Below, in pieces: positions 10,454-24,126 of a stretch of DNA of 64,000 nucleotides (positions are counted from its first letter, which is position 1; each line of letters begins with the position of its first letter). This stretch comes from Antedon mediterranea (taxonomy: Eukaryota; Animalia; Echinodermata): positions 18,893,432 through 18,957,431 of the forward strand of contig NC_092679.1 in the NCBI RefSeq assembly GCF_964355755.1, in the 5' to 3' direction. The translations under genes were made by a program, and so were the position numbers. Under the pieces are notes generated by a model. It was not told where the DNA came from and did not search any database. It saw nothing but the letters and a program-made list of their open reading frames with translations.

Positions 10454-12980
10454 TTATAACAAACTTTGTTGCTGTCTTTTTGGTCCTGCAAGTGGCACAT
10501 CTCTTTCGTCCCAGATTGCGACACCATCACACTGGCAAAATTTCTTTGGATTCTGAAAAAGGCCCGCAGATCTTGCAACAATTCCGCAGGAAAGTCTAGA
10601 GATTATGGATGAAAGTAATGAGAGAAATAAAAAAGGTAATAACTTTACCAGCGTTCTGCAAACTTGTTATCTTGCGGCCTAAAATTTCGATTTTCCGGAC
10701 TACCCAGCTAGACCAACATAATTTTGCAAATATAAAATGGATGAAATGAATGATAGAAATAATCAAAAAGGTAGTAGTACTAGATTCTAGACTCTCAAAC
10801 TCTATGAAAACTTCTCCCAAATCTATATTCTTATTATCCAAATATTATATTTTACCATTGAGAAATATTATCATTATTTGGAATACCATCATACCAGACA
10901 TTATGTCAGCCGAAGCAGGGAGATGCATTTTTCACCTCCCTGGCTCAACGATGTTTGGTGTTAGAGAGTTATTACATTACGCATCATTGATTATTGTGAG
11001 GACGCTGTTAGCCTAATAAATTATAAATTAACACTGAAATGTTGAAATAAATCAAATATCTTACCCAACCCCACTGTTTCCATCGACCTTTGATTCAGGT
11101 TTGTTTCCTCGTCCTAGGTCATCTTGCGACTCATGGACTACCAAGGACCGACCAATAATATCCCAAACTTTAACCTTATCATCTTCTAAGCGGAAATTAG
11201 CCCGACCATTTTCATCAGCAACTACATTACCAAGATCTCCAACATGCTAAACAGAGAATCAGTTAAGATCATCTAATACAGATACATGGAATATAATTGA
11301 AATATAAAATACAGCTGAGCCAGTCGGGAGGGGCTTAAAATTTAAGATCACAAAGCTGTATTGTTGGTATTATCGGGGAGATTTCCGAAGATTTAGGACC
11401 AAAATTCATCTTGTTAATTCATTGTGCACATGCAGGAATATTGGGTCATCCCTCTTCCTCAACTAGACACCGGTTTCATTTGGTTTCTAGGTCCAGGCCA
11501 CGACCTACGATACATCAATTGACCTGACCTAGGTTGGTCAAAAGTGCCCTATTGCAATCAGAACTGTACCGATGAGTTTTAGCACTGCTATCAGTGTACA
11601 AGAATGAATAGTTGGTAATAACAACATACCCTTTCCTTGTCTCCTGGTGCACCATGCCTTCTACTGTGAGGGTTGTAATGAGAACCGCAACTGCAATTAG
11701 AAAATTACTCTTTCAAATTGTGTAGTTTTTATTACGTAATATAAAAAAAAGTGGTTTATACAATTAGATTTACAGGTATTTGCATATTTATGACACAGTT
11801 TAATTGCATACCTTTGGCATCCATTGGATAAATCGCCAAACTCATGAATAGCCAATCCATGTGGACCAGGTTTCAAATTGTCTAGTGTTCCTTCTATGAC
11901 ACATGTGTCTTCAGAAATCTGTAGAAATCGAAACACTCCTTGTACAAAACTAGGACCTTGTAGCATAGAAACTGCTGCCCCTAAATGCTGAACACCTGGA
12001 AAAAATGCAAATTTATATTAGTATTTGTTGATTAAAAGTATATCCCTTCAAACATGCTAATTCCAATATTATACGATTCCTATTTTCGGGCACTGTTTGT
12101 TATGAATGTATTTATTATACCATTTAATGCAAATGTACTGTTCATGAGCTACAATAACTAGTGCAAAAACATGGTAATAAGATCATTTGTTAGCTAAAAA
12201 AATTTTTTATTCTAACACCTTTATCTGAATCGATAGATCCATGCCCTTTCAAAGCTGCTCTTCTTCCGGTGCTTTCCAGTAGGCTCTTGACATCTGATGT
12301 GGACAAGGTCGTCTCCACTAACACTTGTTGTTGATTTAGATCTACAGAAACCGATTTTATATCTGTAAAAATATAAATTGATAAATAAATAAAGACATGT
12401 CAATTTACATGCATAATTTAAAAAAAAGAAAACTTTATATTTTCCGGTTACACAATAAAAAGTTACAGGAGTGCTTTATTGTTCAATGTTGGTTTCTTTT
12501 CATTATTATTTTTATCTCATTCTCACCTGGATTATTTTTTAAAGTATTTTCTATTGTTGATTGGCAACTCATGCATGTCATATTGACAGCAAACTCCATC
12601 TGAAAAGGTGGAACATTTTTAAATTAAAAAATACCATACAAAAACATTGGATTATAAATTAGGCTAGGCCTATGTGTCCAGGTACTCCATCGTTCTAAAT
12701 TGTTTATTATAATAACAAAAATACTGTAGAAGTATTATTATTAATTAGATCCAATCCAGACTAGGCCTAGGCTACATGGTTACTGCGCGCGGCAGCTGCT
12801 GGCTCTAGGTTTAGGGACAGGGTAGCAGCAGATATAACCTAGGCCTAGGCTAGACTAGCCTAGGCCGACCGTTTGTTTGGGCGACCTGCTATAGGCCTAG
12901 TGAAACCAGGCTAGGCCCAGGGGAAGCTTAATTTAAAATTTAAAAACATTATTAAGTCATACCACTGTTGGTGTGGCCAT
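10454..12980 (-). CDS. CCS: Copper chaperone for superoxide dismutase (7 exons)
   Basis: Exons 12980-12963, 12599-12527, 12362-12219, 11995-11812, 11690-11630, 11246-11065, 10595-10454, all GT-AG and in phase. Domain I MEFAVNMTCMSC (MxCxxC), SOD1-like domain II (HVGDLGNV, KVWDIIGRSLVV), domain III ARSAGLFQNPKKFCQCDG (CxC). Confidence 0.95.
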
Positions 12981-13286
12981 TGTTCCCCTTAAAACAAGAT
13001 AAGCCCCAATCTAGATCTACTTTCGTGGTTGTTCATGCGTGAACAACGAAATTTCATTTTTATCGTGTGAATGTGAAAACATGGAACCTCAACAAGTCCA
13101 CCCAGCTTGCGAACCGTAATTTACCATTGTTTACCACCAGCCTCTAGTAGGCTACTAGTCAAGTGTGTTGTTTTTGAGAGGCTAGGAAATTGTTAAAAGA
13201 ACTGGTCTAATATATAGCCTTATTCCTTATTTACAAACGTATTTGGTTGATTATTCATTTATAAAGTTCTCTTTAATTGTTGTACA
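12981..13286. promoter_or_regulatory. Putative bidirectional promoter CCS/MBIP
   Basis: Divergent start codons ~306 bp apart; locally CpG-containing; flanked by TAGGCCTA/CTAG clusters. Confidence 0.6.
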
Positions 13287-16200
13287 ATGGCAGAAAAGGT
13301 CGTAGATATTATACAGGCGTTTTTAAAGTTTTTTGCAGAGGTTAGAAAAATTGATCAACATCACTTCCACTTGCTTGGCCTTGACTTGCATTTCCTCCTC
13401 TCTAAGGCCTACTCCAATGATGAGTGATGGGATGGATGATGGGGGTCTTGGGTACCTAGTCTAGACATAGTGAGGCCTACAATAGCTAAGCTAGGCTAAA
13501 ATATTGTAAAGAAATGAAATAATTTAGTACTTATAAATATTCGATTAATTAAAGCATTTACATCGGTTCAATCTCAAATTAAAATGTGGGTTTTGCGGTA
13601 GTACTAGTATAGTATAATAATTTACAAAAGTGTTTTTCAAAATATTGAAAAAAAAATACAGACAACTTTAACTATACTTTGTTGTTTTTGTCTACAGGCG
13701 AAATTAAACCATTGTGTGTCTTTAACGGTAGATTATAATCAACTATCATTGGTCTCGCTGTCCATTGAAGAGCTATGTAATTATATGACAAACTTATCAC
13801 AAGACATTCAGGTAAGCTCAGTGTCGAAGGTTAAATGATTATATTGCGAACCTTATTATTTTTCCTCAATAAAATTGTTTAAAATTTATGTTTAAATTTG
13901 AACAAATTCTCTTTTTAACACCCTTTCATTCCCTTCATTGAATAAAAAAGAAATTGACACTGATGGATGGCAACAAAATTACATTTTTTTTTTCAGAAAC
14001 TTGTTGGTGCATTCAGGATAGAGACTGGAGACTCCAAGGAAGAAGGAACTGCAACACCCCCTCAAGGTCCATCAGAAATGACATCCCAACCTATTGATAA
14101 GAAGCCAGTTTTTGTCACAGATCCGTCATTTGTCCAAATCATAGCATCAAAAGAGGAGGTTTGTCTTTTGCATGAAATGTTTTAACAATACTAAACTTTA
14201 TGTGACAAAAAATGTGATGTGCCCATATATGGACATATTGACATCATATGAATACCCATCATATGATCACTACCATATTTTGGCACATCACACTCATTGA
14301 TTGTAAAACTAGCTTGATAGTTAAAACGCCTTTAAATAGAGTCAGTTTGAATGCATTCATTTCAGTACACTAAATTTGTTGCTTGGAAGTAGTGGTTGTT
14401 TATGTTTTAAAAACGTTTGTTTTTTTCAAATTCTTTCATGAAAGATTGACCGAAGAATCAAAGCATTCTTTGAAAGAAAACAAGTAGATGTGGATGAAAA
14501 CAACAAACGTGAATTCTGTTCCGTTATTTCTCCTGAAAATGAAGTTGCAACATCGTGTGCAAGAACAGATGCTGTATTTAAGCCTGTAAATGGTTGTAAA
14601 AGTCATGTCAAAGGTCAGTTGCTTAAACTACCAGTGTTGCAGACTTTTAGTTATCTTCATGTTAGTGAGCTTTCCTTTTGGAATGATCAAAGTTTCAATA
14701 GTTTAATAGAGCAGGACTTATATGCATGCACTGATTTAAATTTAAAAAATTAAAAGTGCAGTCCATCTTTTTAAGGAGTGTCTGCGTGATCACGCTCCTC
14801 TGCGCTCCATAACAACCTCTAAAGCCCTGTCTACACTATCAATCTAATTTGACGAAAAAGTGTGATGTGCCCAAATATAGTAGTGATATGTCCAAATATG
14901 GTAGTGATATGACATCATCATGTCCATATAAACGTGCATCACATTTTTTTTGTCACAAGTTTAATAGTGTAGGCAGAGCTATATGATGGACCGAAAGCTC
15001 ATTTTTTATGTATACCTCCAATTTCCACAAGAAAATTGAAATGTATGTACAACATTTTGTTTAAAGTCTCAAGAGTAGTCAATCCATATGGACCGCAGAC
15101 AAGACCATCAACAATGAACCAGTCTACTTCCAGAAACAATAAACAATCAAATCAAGATTTGCCCAGTAGCCTTGAGGAGAGACTTAGTAATATAGAGACA
15201 CATATCAAACTGAAACAAGGTACAATAATACTTGGTGTTTTCAATTTCATTTAAATCAAATAGGTTACAGTATACAATACAATACTAGTTATTTGGATAT
15301 TGAATGCATTTCTACCAATACTCTTTTTATAGGTCAAGTACCAAAGAACATTTACTCAAGGTTAAAAGTAATGGAGCAGAGGATACTACAACTGGAAGGG
15401 ACCTCACCAGAATACTTTTCGACAGAGGTATAAAGGCTTGCGTTACAGTAGTTACAAAATCCTGATTCAACAGATTTTCATGTGTTTTTAAAACACTATT
15501 TGTATTCAAACTTTCCCAAAAGCCCATTCTCAATTATCGTTTAGATACACATGAATTTTCATTTTATGTCAACAGTTAGAAATAGTAAAACCTCAGACCT
15601 TCCAAGTTTCCCAATATTTCAAGTGATATCCCGCTAAAGGTGCAATTTCATCCAATAGTGAAAAAGTTTACTAGGTCCTTTTTGTTTTTATGTTGATTAT
15701 AATATTATCAGAATTTATTTTAACAAAATTATTGTACCCTCTATAGCTAAGCCTAACCTTTATTAACAGTGCTGTACCCACCCTACGCTCGCGCTAAGGT
15801 CAAATTTTCGTTCGCCAAAATGGCGAAAGGTTTTGAAAAACATTAGCCAAATTGAAAATCCTTTAGCCAAATTTAAAAAACCATAACAATTCGAAAAAAA
15901 GTTTATTAAATAAATAATGCATGTATTTTTTAAATATTTTATTTCTTTTACATTTATATTATTATTAGGTATCCCAATGAACCTGATTTTCGTTACCGGG
16001 ATTTTAACACGTTCGTGAAATTTCAAAAAGTGACGTGTCTTTGAAGTTAAAAATATACTATTTCTTATGTACCCATGAGAATAAAAATTATATGCCTGGA
16101 AAGATCTTGTTTAAGGGATTATTTTTATATATTTATAATCTATGTTTATTAAATATTTTAATAGAAAACGCGAGTTAAAAATGAGGTACAAAAGCCGGCG

Positions 16201-17865
16201 AGCCGAAATCCGCGCGCTAAAAATAACTTTGGAAAACACCTACCCATTTTCGCACCCGATCGCACGAGGTCCATAATAGGTGGTGGAGTAATTTTTGTTG
16301 CATGTTATCAGGCTTTAAATACTCTTTATTTTGATATGTAAATCGGTTATTATTATTATGTACATCCGCCTCAAATGTCAATTTTAACGATAAAAATTGA
16401 ATTTTTTAGTCTTTCTCATTATCAAAATCTGGCTAATTTAGTATTGAATTGAAGCTAATTTATATTTCTGTTTGATAAAACACATCGTTTTATTTGACTT
16501 TGCGTGGGCCTCGTGCGAAGAGGCCAACAAGACCAACCCCTGAAAAAAATAATCCCAACCATAAATATCAGTGTTTACCATTTTCCTTACGGGGGATTCA
16601 GTTCTCCGCTTATTACTAAATTACCGTCGCCCAGGCAATGTGCATGGTATGCATGTATTAGCGCGTTAATTAATGATTGGATAACCCCCGCAGTGGACTG
16701 TTCCATTTTCTGAACTAGTCTTCGCCGCACACGAGGCATGTCGAAAAATGTCACCTCTCATCATGGAATATTTGCTTCGAAACGTCAATTTTACCGATTT
16801 ATTAAATTATTTAATAATTGGAATATTTATCAATCTATTATATAAAACAAGAAATGTACCGCAGAAATTTAAGAAGCTTTGAATTTGCTATGCAGCGGCC
16901 GTAACCCATTCTATGTAGGCGGCCGAAACGCGCTTTGGCCATGGTTGCCGTTGCAGTATACGCTGTTTCTTAGCTATTCAATTTAAAGCGCAACTTTCGG
17001 TTAGAATAATCGAAAGGGAAATAAAATTAAACATGTTAACATTATACTATTGAGGTAATTACTTTGTTAAATTTAAAATTCCCCTTTTTAAATAACAGAA
17101 CAGCCTCGTTTATGGAAGTATTCGTCCACATGTTTCTGTTTACATTTTCTTCTCGAAGTTCATTTTCTACGTCGAAGAATAGGTAGGGACTTCCCCTTTT
17201 ATTCGCTCATCATCACGTCGACGACGGCCGGCCACGAACCTATTAAAACGTCATCGAGGCACGCTCTGCGCATGTTTAAACAGAACTAAAAAAATTAACA
17301 CGGCGATCGTGACGTCGTCACATAAAATGCTGTTGTGGTAAAAAGTGTACCCGAGTCAGAAAGTACCGAAGTGTGGCGAATTCTCGCTCCCATAAGAAGT
17401 CACGCCGACCAGGCTAGGCCTAGGCTTGGTAATGTATTTTCGCCAATTTGGCGAACGAGGCAATAATTATTTTCGCCAAATGGAGACTCCAGTCGCCATT
17501 GGCTAATTGGCGAGCGGTTAGCGCGAGCATAGCCACCAGAAATAAAGTGATCGCAAGAAAAGAGAACAATCTCTGTGCAGGCCACAGTGTTGTCGTTCAA
17601 GGCCTGTGAAATAGTGTTCTTCCCAACCGTACTTGTGGTTATGGCCCTTATAAAGTCTCCCTAATATTTCATTTTCCCAAGTTTGCACACCTCTGTAACA
17701 TTGTGTTCTTTTTATCAGTGTTCACCTCGCAAGAAACCAAAATTTGAGTTGGAGAGCAGACAAGGATGTAACATTTCGATCAGTGATATCGATGACCGAA
17801 TCCAAGAGTTGAAGGAAAGCTTACGGATGAAACAGGAATTTGGAAAGAGATTAGGCCAAACCTGA
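13287..17865 (+). CDS. MBIP: MAP3K12-binding inhibitory protein 1 (ATAC complex subunit), 7 exons
   Basis: Exons 13287-13340, 13698-13811, 13997-14158, 14445-14613, 15067-15219, 15333-15427, 17719-17865. Conserved EIDRRIKAFFERKQ..ENNKREFC, SCARTDAVF, SHVKVSRVVNPYGPQTR, EERLSNIETH, RILQLEGTSPEYF. The start exon is less certain. Confidence 0.9.
14823..14980. mobile_element. Harbinger-like MITE family A copy
   Basis: TIR AGC(T/C)CTGTCTACACTATCAA with shared core TGTGATGTGCCC..ATATGG. Other copies at about 14185-14322, 30178-30325, 35772-35890, 36540-36660, 48641-48796, 48837-49032, 50325-50450, 51358-51498. TWA flanks suggest PIF/Harbinger (inference). Confidence 0.8.
15783..17532. mobile_element. 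Non-autonomous TIR DNA transposon with 5-bp TSD (hAT5-like?) in MBIP intron 6
   Basis: TIR CTA(C/T)GCTCGCGCTAA at 15783-15797 and 17518-17532; TSD CCACC at 15778-15782 and 17533-17537; subterminal TCGCCA/TGGCGA repeats; CpG-rich relative to host intron; no long ORF. Confidence 0.75.
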
Positions 17866-18569
17866 TATTGTTTGATTGATAGGTAAAACCTACTGTTAGC
17901 AATGGATATAGCGTTTGAGATTTGTTTGTAATGAAATTAGAATGATTACATATAGTGCCTACATGGAGCTGGACTACAAGAACCATTGTTATGCAGGAAA
18001 TTTATCTGTAAGTGGTTGGTCAAATGAAAAGGATAAAATTGTGTTATAAGAGCTGGTGTTATTTTAGAAAATTACCTGTTTAGAATTATCACAAATTCAT
18101 TTGAACAACCCATGAAGCTGGACTACAAGAACCAGTGTTATTAACCAGATTGTAATCTGTGAATGGTAGTTCGTCAAATGACAAGGATAAATAAACAAGC
18201 TCCACAATATTTATTTAATAGTACATTTACTTTAAAATAATTTATTACCAAAAATTAAAAATATCACACAATCTAAAATGATTGTACAAAAATTAAGTAT
18301 TCATTTATTATAAAAATTAAATGGCATAATGTACTTCCCAAGGTGACTTTCTGTGTAAAGCAATGGCTAAATGATTGCATAGGAGGAATGTTTTGTAATT
18401 AAATATAACTTACTTCCTGCATTTATTATTTACAAACCTAATCACACACATCAACTGGCACGTACAGTACAAAAAGTTGATAACAAAAAGCTGGGCAAGA
18501 ATAAGCATATTTAAACAGTAGTTTGGTACTGTGTACCTTGATAATAAATTTATTTACAATTGAACTGTC

Positions 18570-21500
18570 TTAATCATAGAATTCAAAATCATCAACAACA
18601 AACTCATCAGATTTCATTGTGCCTGCATGTGTTGTACCAGTACCCATTGGGACAGTCATTTCTGATTCGGACTCTATGTCCGATTCATTTCCCCAGAATG
18701 CAGCTGATCGTCTGTCACTCTTTCCTGTCGATTTTAAACTTTGATCCATGGCAGATGGAACATAGCCAGATTCTCTTGGGGTCGCATCCAGTGAACTGAC
18801 TGCCTCACTTCGATCAGTCTCTATCTGGGAGCGGGGTGTATCTTCATTATTCTCATAGGTTATACCAAGACTACCACCAAGAGACGATAAGACATTTCTT
18901 TTACCTTTACTGCAATGAAATAGTGATTATGTATATATATTATTATGGATAATAGCCAACATCGATTTAACTCCTAAATCTATCAGCTTTTTTTGTTGGT
19001 TAAAATTAAATGAGGTCATCATATATGTTTTATAGCCAGAAATCCACTTACCTAGATCTGGCACTAGATGGTGGGGTTGCTAGGCTAGGATGAGCTGGTT
19101 TGCTATGCCTGGAGTCTTCATGGTCACTGTATTCATCTCCTTCTAGGCCAGACACTTCCCCTTCTGACAAATCGTCACCTGGTTGTGAGAGCTGTCTCAT
19201 CATCTGTTGATATGCATCAGTTTCTGAAAATAAATATGACAATAAAAAATGAAAAAAACAACAAGGATAACACAAAATTCTGCGCTTAAAACAAACACAA
19301 ATTACCAATAACAATAATTACCATTTAAGGGCACTTTGTTGTGGGAAGAACTTTCTGAATCAACACTTTCTTCTGAGTCGCTCTTCATGCCCTGTAAATC
19401 CAGTGGAGGAACTAAAACAGACAACAAACACAAATGCTGACATAAAAAAAAGCGTACAGTGTACAAATATTTCTAAAAGTAACTGGTGCTAAAACATTAA
19501 AAGCGAATTAAAAGTGAATACACAAGTCAACATTGTGACCGTTTCCCATTAATGTTGGAAGTCACAGAAGCTAGTCTCTGCATCATGAATATATGTTCCA
19601 AAATAAAAATAAGTCAAACATTGTGACAGTTTCCCATTAATGTTGGAAAGTCACAGAAGTTCCTCTCTGCATCTTGAATATACGTTTAAAATACATACAA
19701 GTCAACATTGCAACACAGAAGCTAGTCTCTCACTTTGCATCATGAACCATACCTTGATTATTACTTCCATCTTGTCTTGTGGATGTTCTGTTATTTTGTG
19801 TGAAGTTTGGTGTAGCTCCTCCTATAGAAGAAACAGTCTCATCAAGAGTTTCATTAAGTGGAATGACAGCTAAGACATCTTTCAGAATCTGAATTGCCTA
19901 ATATGAAAAAGAAATACGTTTTTATAAAAATTGTGTAATATTTTCTATTTATTTTATATTCAGTAATATCATGTTTGTACTAAATAATGATATTTTTCAG
20001 TTGGAATCAGTAGCTTACTTTTGTTTTGTGAGCATCCACACTTTCTGCCTTGATCATCAGCGGTGCAAATTTACTTGCAATTTCTTCAATGCTGAAAATT
20101 TCTCTTTGAAGTAGTGTAGCAAAGTGTTGTAGTAGCCTGTCCCATATTGCCAAGGAGGCCGAGTACATGTAGGACCTAGAGGCAATATTTTAAGGGAATT
20201 TGGTGGTTATAATGGTTCATTCACAATAAAATGAAAGTCATCTCTTATAAGAGTCTCTTCATTTCCACAAAATTTTCTGTCCACTGACCGAGATGGACCA
20301 GTACACCGGTTAATAACCTACTATTCTGAAAGATGCACTGGGTTCTTTAAAGCGAGAAATAAGACTTTTGTTGTAACCCCAGAACTATGGCCAAGAAGAG
20401 CCTTGATTTTGTGGCTAACCGTTTGGCCACTCAACTCTTTGTACAATTCCTTAACATAATCTATAATTTCAACATACCTAATTCTGACCTCACTGCATGG
20501 CATTGTACTGGTTAGCATTTTATCCGATATCAGACATCCTCCACTGGACTTGCGTATGATAAGTGGCAATTCCTTAAGGATTACCATGCTCACAGTGTTG
20601 GGATTCAGATGCCGTAGGCTCTTTTTATTGTTTGCTTCCCTATTGAAATTGTAAAGAAAAACGAGTTGGCTTTTAACAAGAAATTTACTAGTTCAGCTAA
20701 TGTTCAAACAAATCTGCAGTGCGTGCTATGGAACTAATACAGTAAAGGCCCGTTTATTGTCCAAGATATTGTTTATAGTATTTGTAGTATATTTGGCAGC
20801 CCTATTGGTACCCCTTGGACCAGATAATTCATTTCAGCAGACCTCTACAAAATCTTGATATATTATTTATATTAAGGACTAATCACCACAAATGTTGTTT
20901 CTATGGTCAAAGTCTTCTTACTTTACAATTTCAGCTATGATAGCTTGTGTGCCCAAGGGAGCATTGTACACCATGTCCACTTCATCGCTTTCTTCGATCT
21001 CAAGCTCTATTGCCTTAATCATATGCCATAGTCCATCTACTGTCACTGCAGGATCTTCAGGTTCAGAACTGAATTGAAAATAAGTTATATTCTTCATAAA
21101 TAAATTGATTATTTGCTGGATCATTAATATGAAGGCTTATCAGACCGGCCTGTTTTAAGGAGATCTCATCAAAGCTTTTATATGAGCAGTGCAAATAGAT
21201 CTTTGCAAAAGTTTAAACCAATCAAATACACCTATCGATATTTTATACTGATCTGTCTCCATGTTCTTACAACCACAGGAAAAATATTGAGTGTGTATGA
21301 AAATGAAGATTAAAAAAATGAAAGTAAAATTTTAGTTTGAGTGAACCACTGAGATTTTGATTCGTACTTAAATCTATAGTATTTTTACCATACCTCTTCT
21401 TATGTGTGTCAACAAGTGCAGGTTGCGTTTTGGAACCATCATCCGATAAAGGTAAGCTGGTCTTGCTCCCAATTTCACTGTCACTTCCATTTTCTACATC

Positions 21501-23895
21501 TGACGTTTCTATTACAAAAAGAATTATTAGTAAATAGTGTATAACAAAGATACATTGGCAATCTCACTTTAGAATGCAGGAAAATATTACAAACGCAGAG
21601 AGAAACAATATCATACAATGAATGAATGCCACTAATCGTACCTTTAAACGGTATTATAGCTTCTTGTTTAATGTCAATCGTTTCTTGCCGTTTTATTCCA
21701 ATACCATGCAAGTTCTCTTTAGTGACTGGTGGCTCTTCTTCATCACCTTCTGTTTCTGATGTAAATGCTGTTGAAGTTGATTCTTTACGTTCAGGTGAGC
21801 TTTCTTGCAGATCAGTTTCAACTGGCTTCTGTCTTGAAAGCGTTGGAGCAGAATGCTGTTGACTAGCTCCACTCACCACCGAACCTAAGCTATCGTCTTT
21901 CTTAACGGCACTTACTTGAGGACTTTTGATATTTAATGGATGGTAGTCATTTTCAGATTCTACAGATATGCCAAGACCATGTTCTTCAATACCACCATGG
22001 TTGTTCCTTACTAGAACACCAGACTCTGAATCTGTAGATTTTTTTTTATCATGCATAAGATTCTTTGGGGAAGTAATATCTGGATGGAATCTTTTAATAG
22101 AATCTTGTGTACCACTTAGAGTCATGTCACCATCTTTTCGGAAGCTCTGTGGAACCTCATATTCACTTGTTCCAGCATAAGGGTAGTCATAATCATCATT
22201 TGATACCATTTTTTTACCAACACCACCTTCTTTTGGTTTTTCATATTCAGTAACGAACTTGTTGGAAGGTTTTACTGCAGGCTTTACTGTATGTGTCTGT
22301 AGTGGCCTCTGAGAATTAAGAGATTGATCCATTTCAGGTAGATGATGCGCCAATAGTTGGGGCATGTGTGTGTCTGGTGTTACTTGGAGTTTAGGATTGT
22401 CAAGATGCGGTGGAACTTCCAGTTCAAGAGATGCGCTTTGTAAACGAAGTCTGTTTAAACGTTGATACTCATTTTCATCAAACTTGAAAAGAAAAGTTAA
22501 TTTTAATTACATAATGTTACTCAAAGACTTACTTGATTAATAATTTTAGACAAAAATTCAGATTTAAATATTATTCTGACATTTTGAAACAATCTTGATG
22601 TCAGATATGAATGGTTGATAATGTGATGATGATGTTCCACTCACTTTGGTGTCCAATCTTTGCTTTTGTTGTTGCTTAAGTTCCAGTCTTTCTTTCCACC
22701 TTGGATACATCTTTTCAACTTGCAATTCATATTGCTCCTAAAAAATATAACATATGACATTACCACTGGCTTAACAGCTATGAGCGCTTACTTAGCTAAA
22801 CCCAGGAGCCCCAGGGCTTAAGGGGCCTCAGAGCATAGTAGTCCAATGCAACTACCCAGTGCTGGAGGCCTTTGCCAACTGTGTTACACCACTGATTATT
22901 ACAAATAGCTAGTGACAAATCCAGCAGCTTGGATGTGCAATATTAGAAAGCTGTACCTTCAACATCCTAAGCCTTTCTGTTCTTGCTGTGAGGGCATCCA
23001 TGTGGGTTTGTACACGCTGAAAGTCCTTCAATAGTTGTTCATTTCGTGCACGACTTTTTCTCTCATCATCACAAATTTTTTGCCAGTAACTCTGAAGTTT
23101 TGCTGCTTTAAACCGGCTCCTGTTAAAAAAAAAAGTATTATAGTTTAATATTCACATTTTATCTCCAGAAGGCTGTTGCCGATGTATTATAAAATAAAGA
23201 AAACTCAGCTATTTATTGAAATAATAAGTGTTTTGCTGCCAGCATTTGTATCACTTTTGCAAACTTATTCTCATTCTATTTTTATTATGGTTATGCAGTC
23301 TGTGCTTTACCTTTTGGCATCTTGACTGAACTGAGTGGTATATAATAGTAGTCTAGGCCTAATAGTCTATACTTACATATTTCTTCCTGATTTCAAATAT
23401 GTGTTCAGTTGTTGATCTAAATCCATCCTTTCTTGTTCTCTGCAATTTAAAACAATTATTAAAACAAAACAATAATAATTTAATAAAATAAGGCCTAGCC
23501 TCTAGGCCTACTACTACTAGGCTAGGCCTATTGAGTTTAAATTAAAACTGCATTAGCGCCTATTCAGCGTACTTCGGTAATTAAACACTTAAAACGGCGG
23601 TAGTAAAACCTCAAGAATGCTTAGGCCACCTGTCGCTGCCGATAACAGGCAAGATTAGGCAGTCGTTGACGGGGAGAAATAAGGTTTATGTCGCCTCGTT
23701 TTAGTAGGAGAATGAATTTTGATTTCGTAGCCTAGATCTAGCATCATATTTTGAACAGAAGTACACAAGTAAAATATTATCAAGTAGCATATTTAAATGA
23801 CTAATATTATCGTCATATATTATTAATAAAATAATATACTTTGCGTGCTGTAAACGTTGTAATTCCTTCACTTTTTGATAATATTCAATAGACAT
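18570..23895 (-). CDS. KIZ: Centrosomal protein kizuna (PLK1 substrate), ~13 exons
   Basis: N-terminus MSIEYYQKVKELQRL..RMDLDQQLNTY..KLQSYWQKICDDERKSRARNEQLLKDFQRVQTH resembles the kizuna coiled coil. C-terminus AAFWGNESD...DDFEFYD* resembles the kizuna acidic FYD end. Exons include 23895-23840, 23439-23377, 23119-22957, 22737-22645, 22482-21642, 21508-21394, 21068-20922. Confidence 0.85.
22764..22894. mobile_element. Degenerate hAT-like MITE (same family as 56313-56505)
   Basis: Ends CACTGGCTTAAC / GTTACACCACTG; shares TATGAGCGCT and GGGGCC motifs with 56313-56505; degenerate 8-bp flanks GACATTAC / ATTATTAC. Confidence 0.55.
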
Positions 23896-24126
23896 CTCAT
23901 ATCCGCGGTTTAACAATTCAACGGGGCCGGGGGTTATAAAAGTTTAATATTGATACTTGATAGTCTTAATTCGTCCAGTCGTATCTTAAATTTTTACACA
24001 TATTATGTAATCGTAACGGCTGCACAAACGTCTACAGACGTAAACAAACATCTTTTCCCCTTCCTCCCCACACGAGAATCAGTCAACCGTATCATTTCTA
24101 TAGTGTAGTAGTAGTAGCTAGGAAGA
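23896..24126. promoter_or_regulatory. Putative bidirectional promoter KIZ/arylsulfatase
   Basis: Divergent ATGs ~231 bp apart; CpG-containing; GGGGCCGGGG GC box followed by TATAAAA near 23935. Confidence 0.6.
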
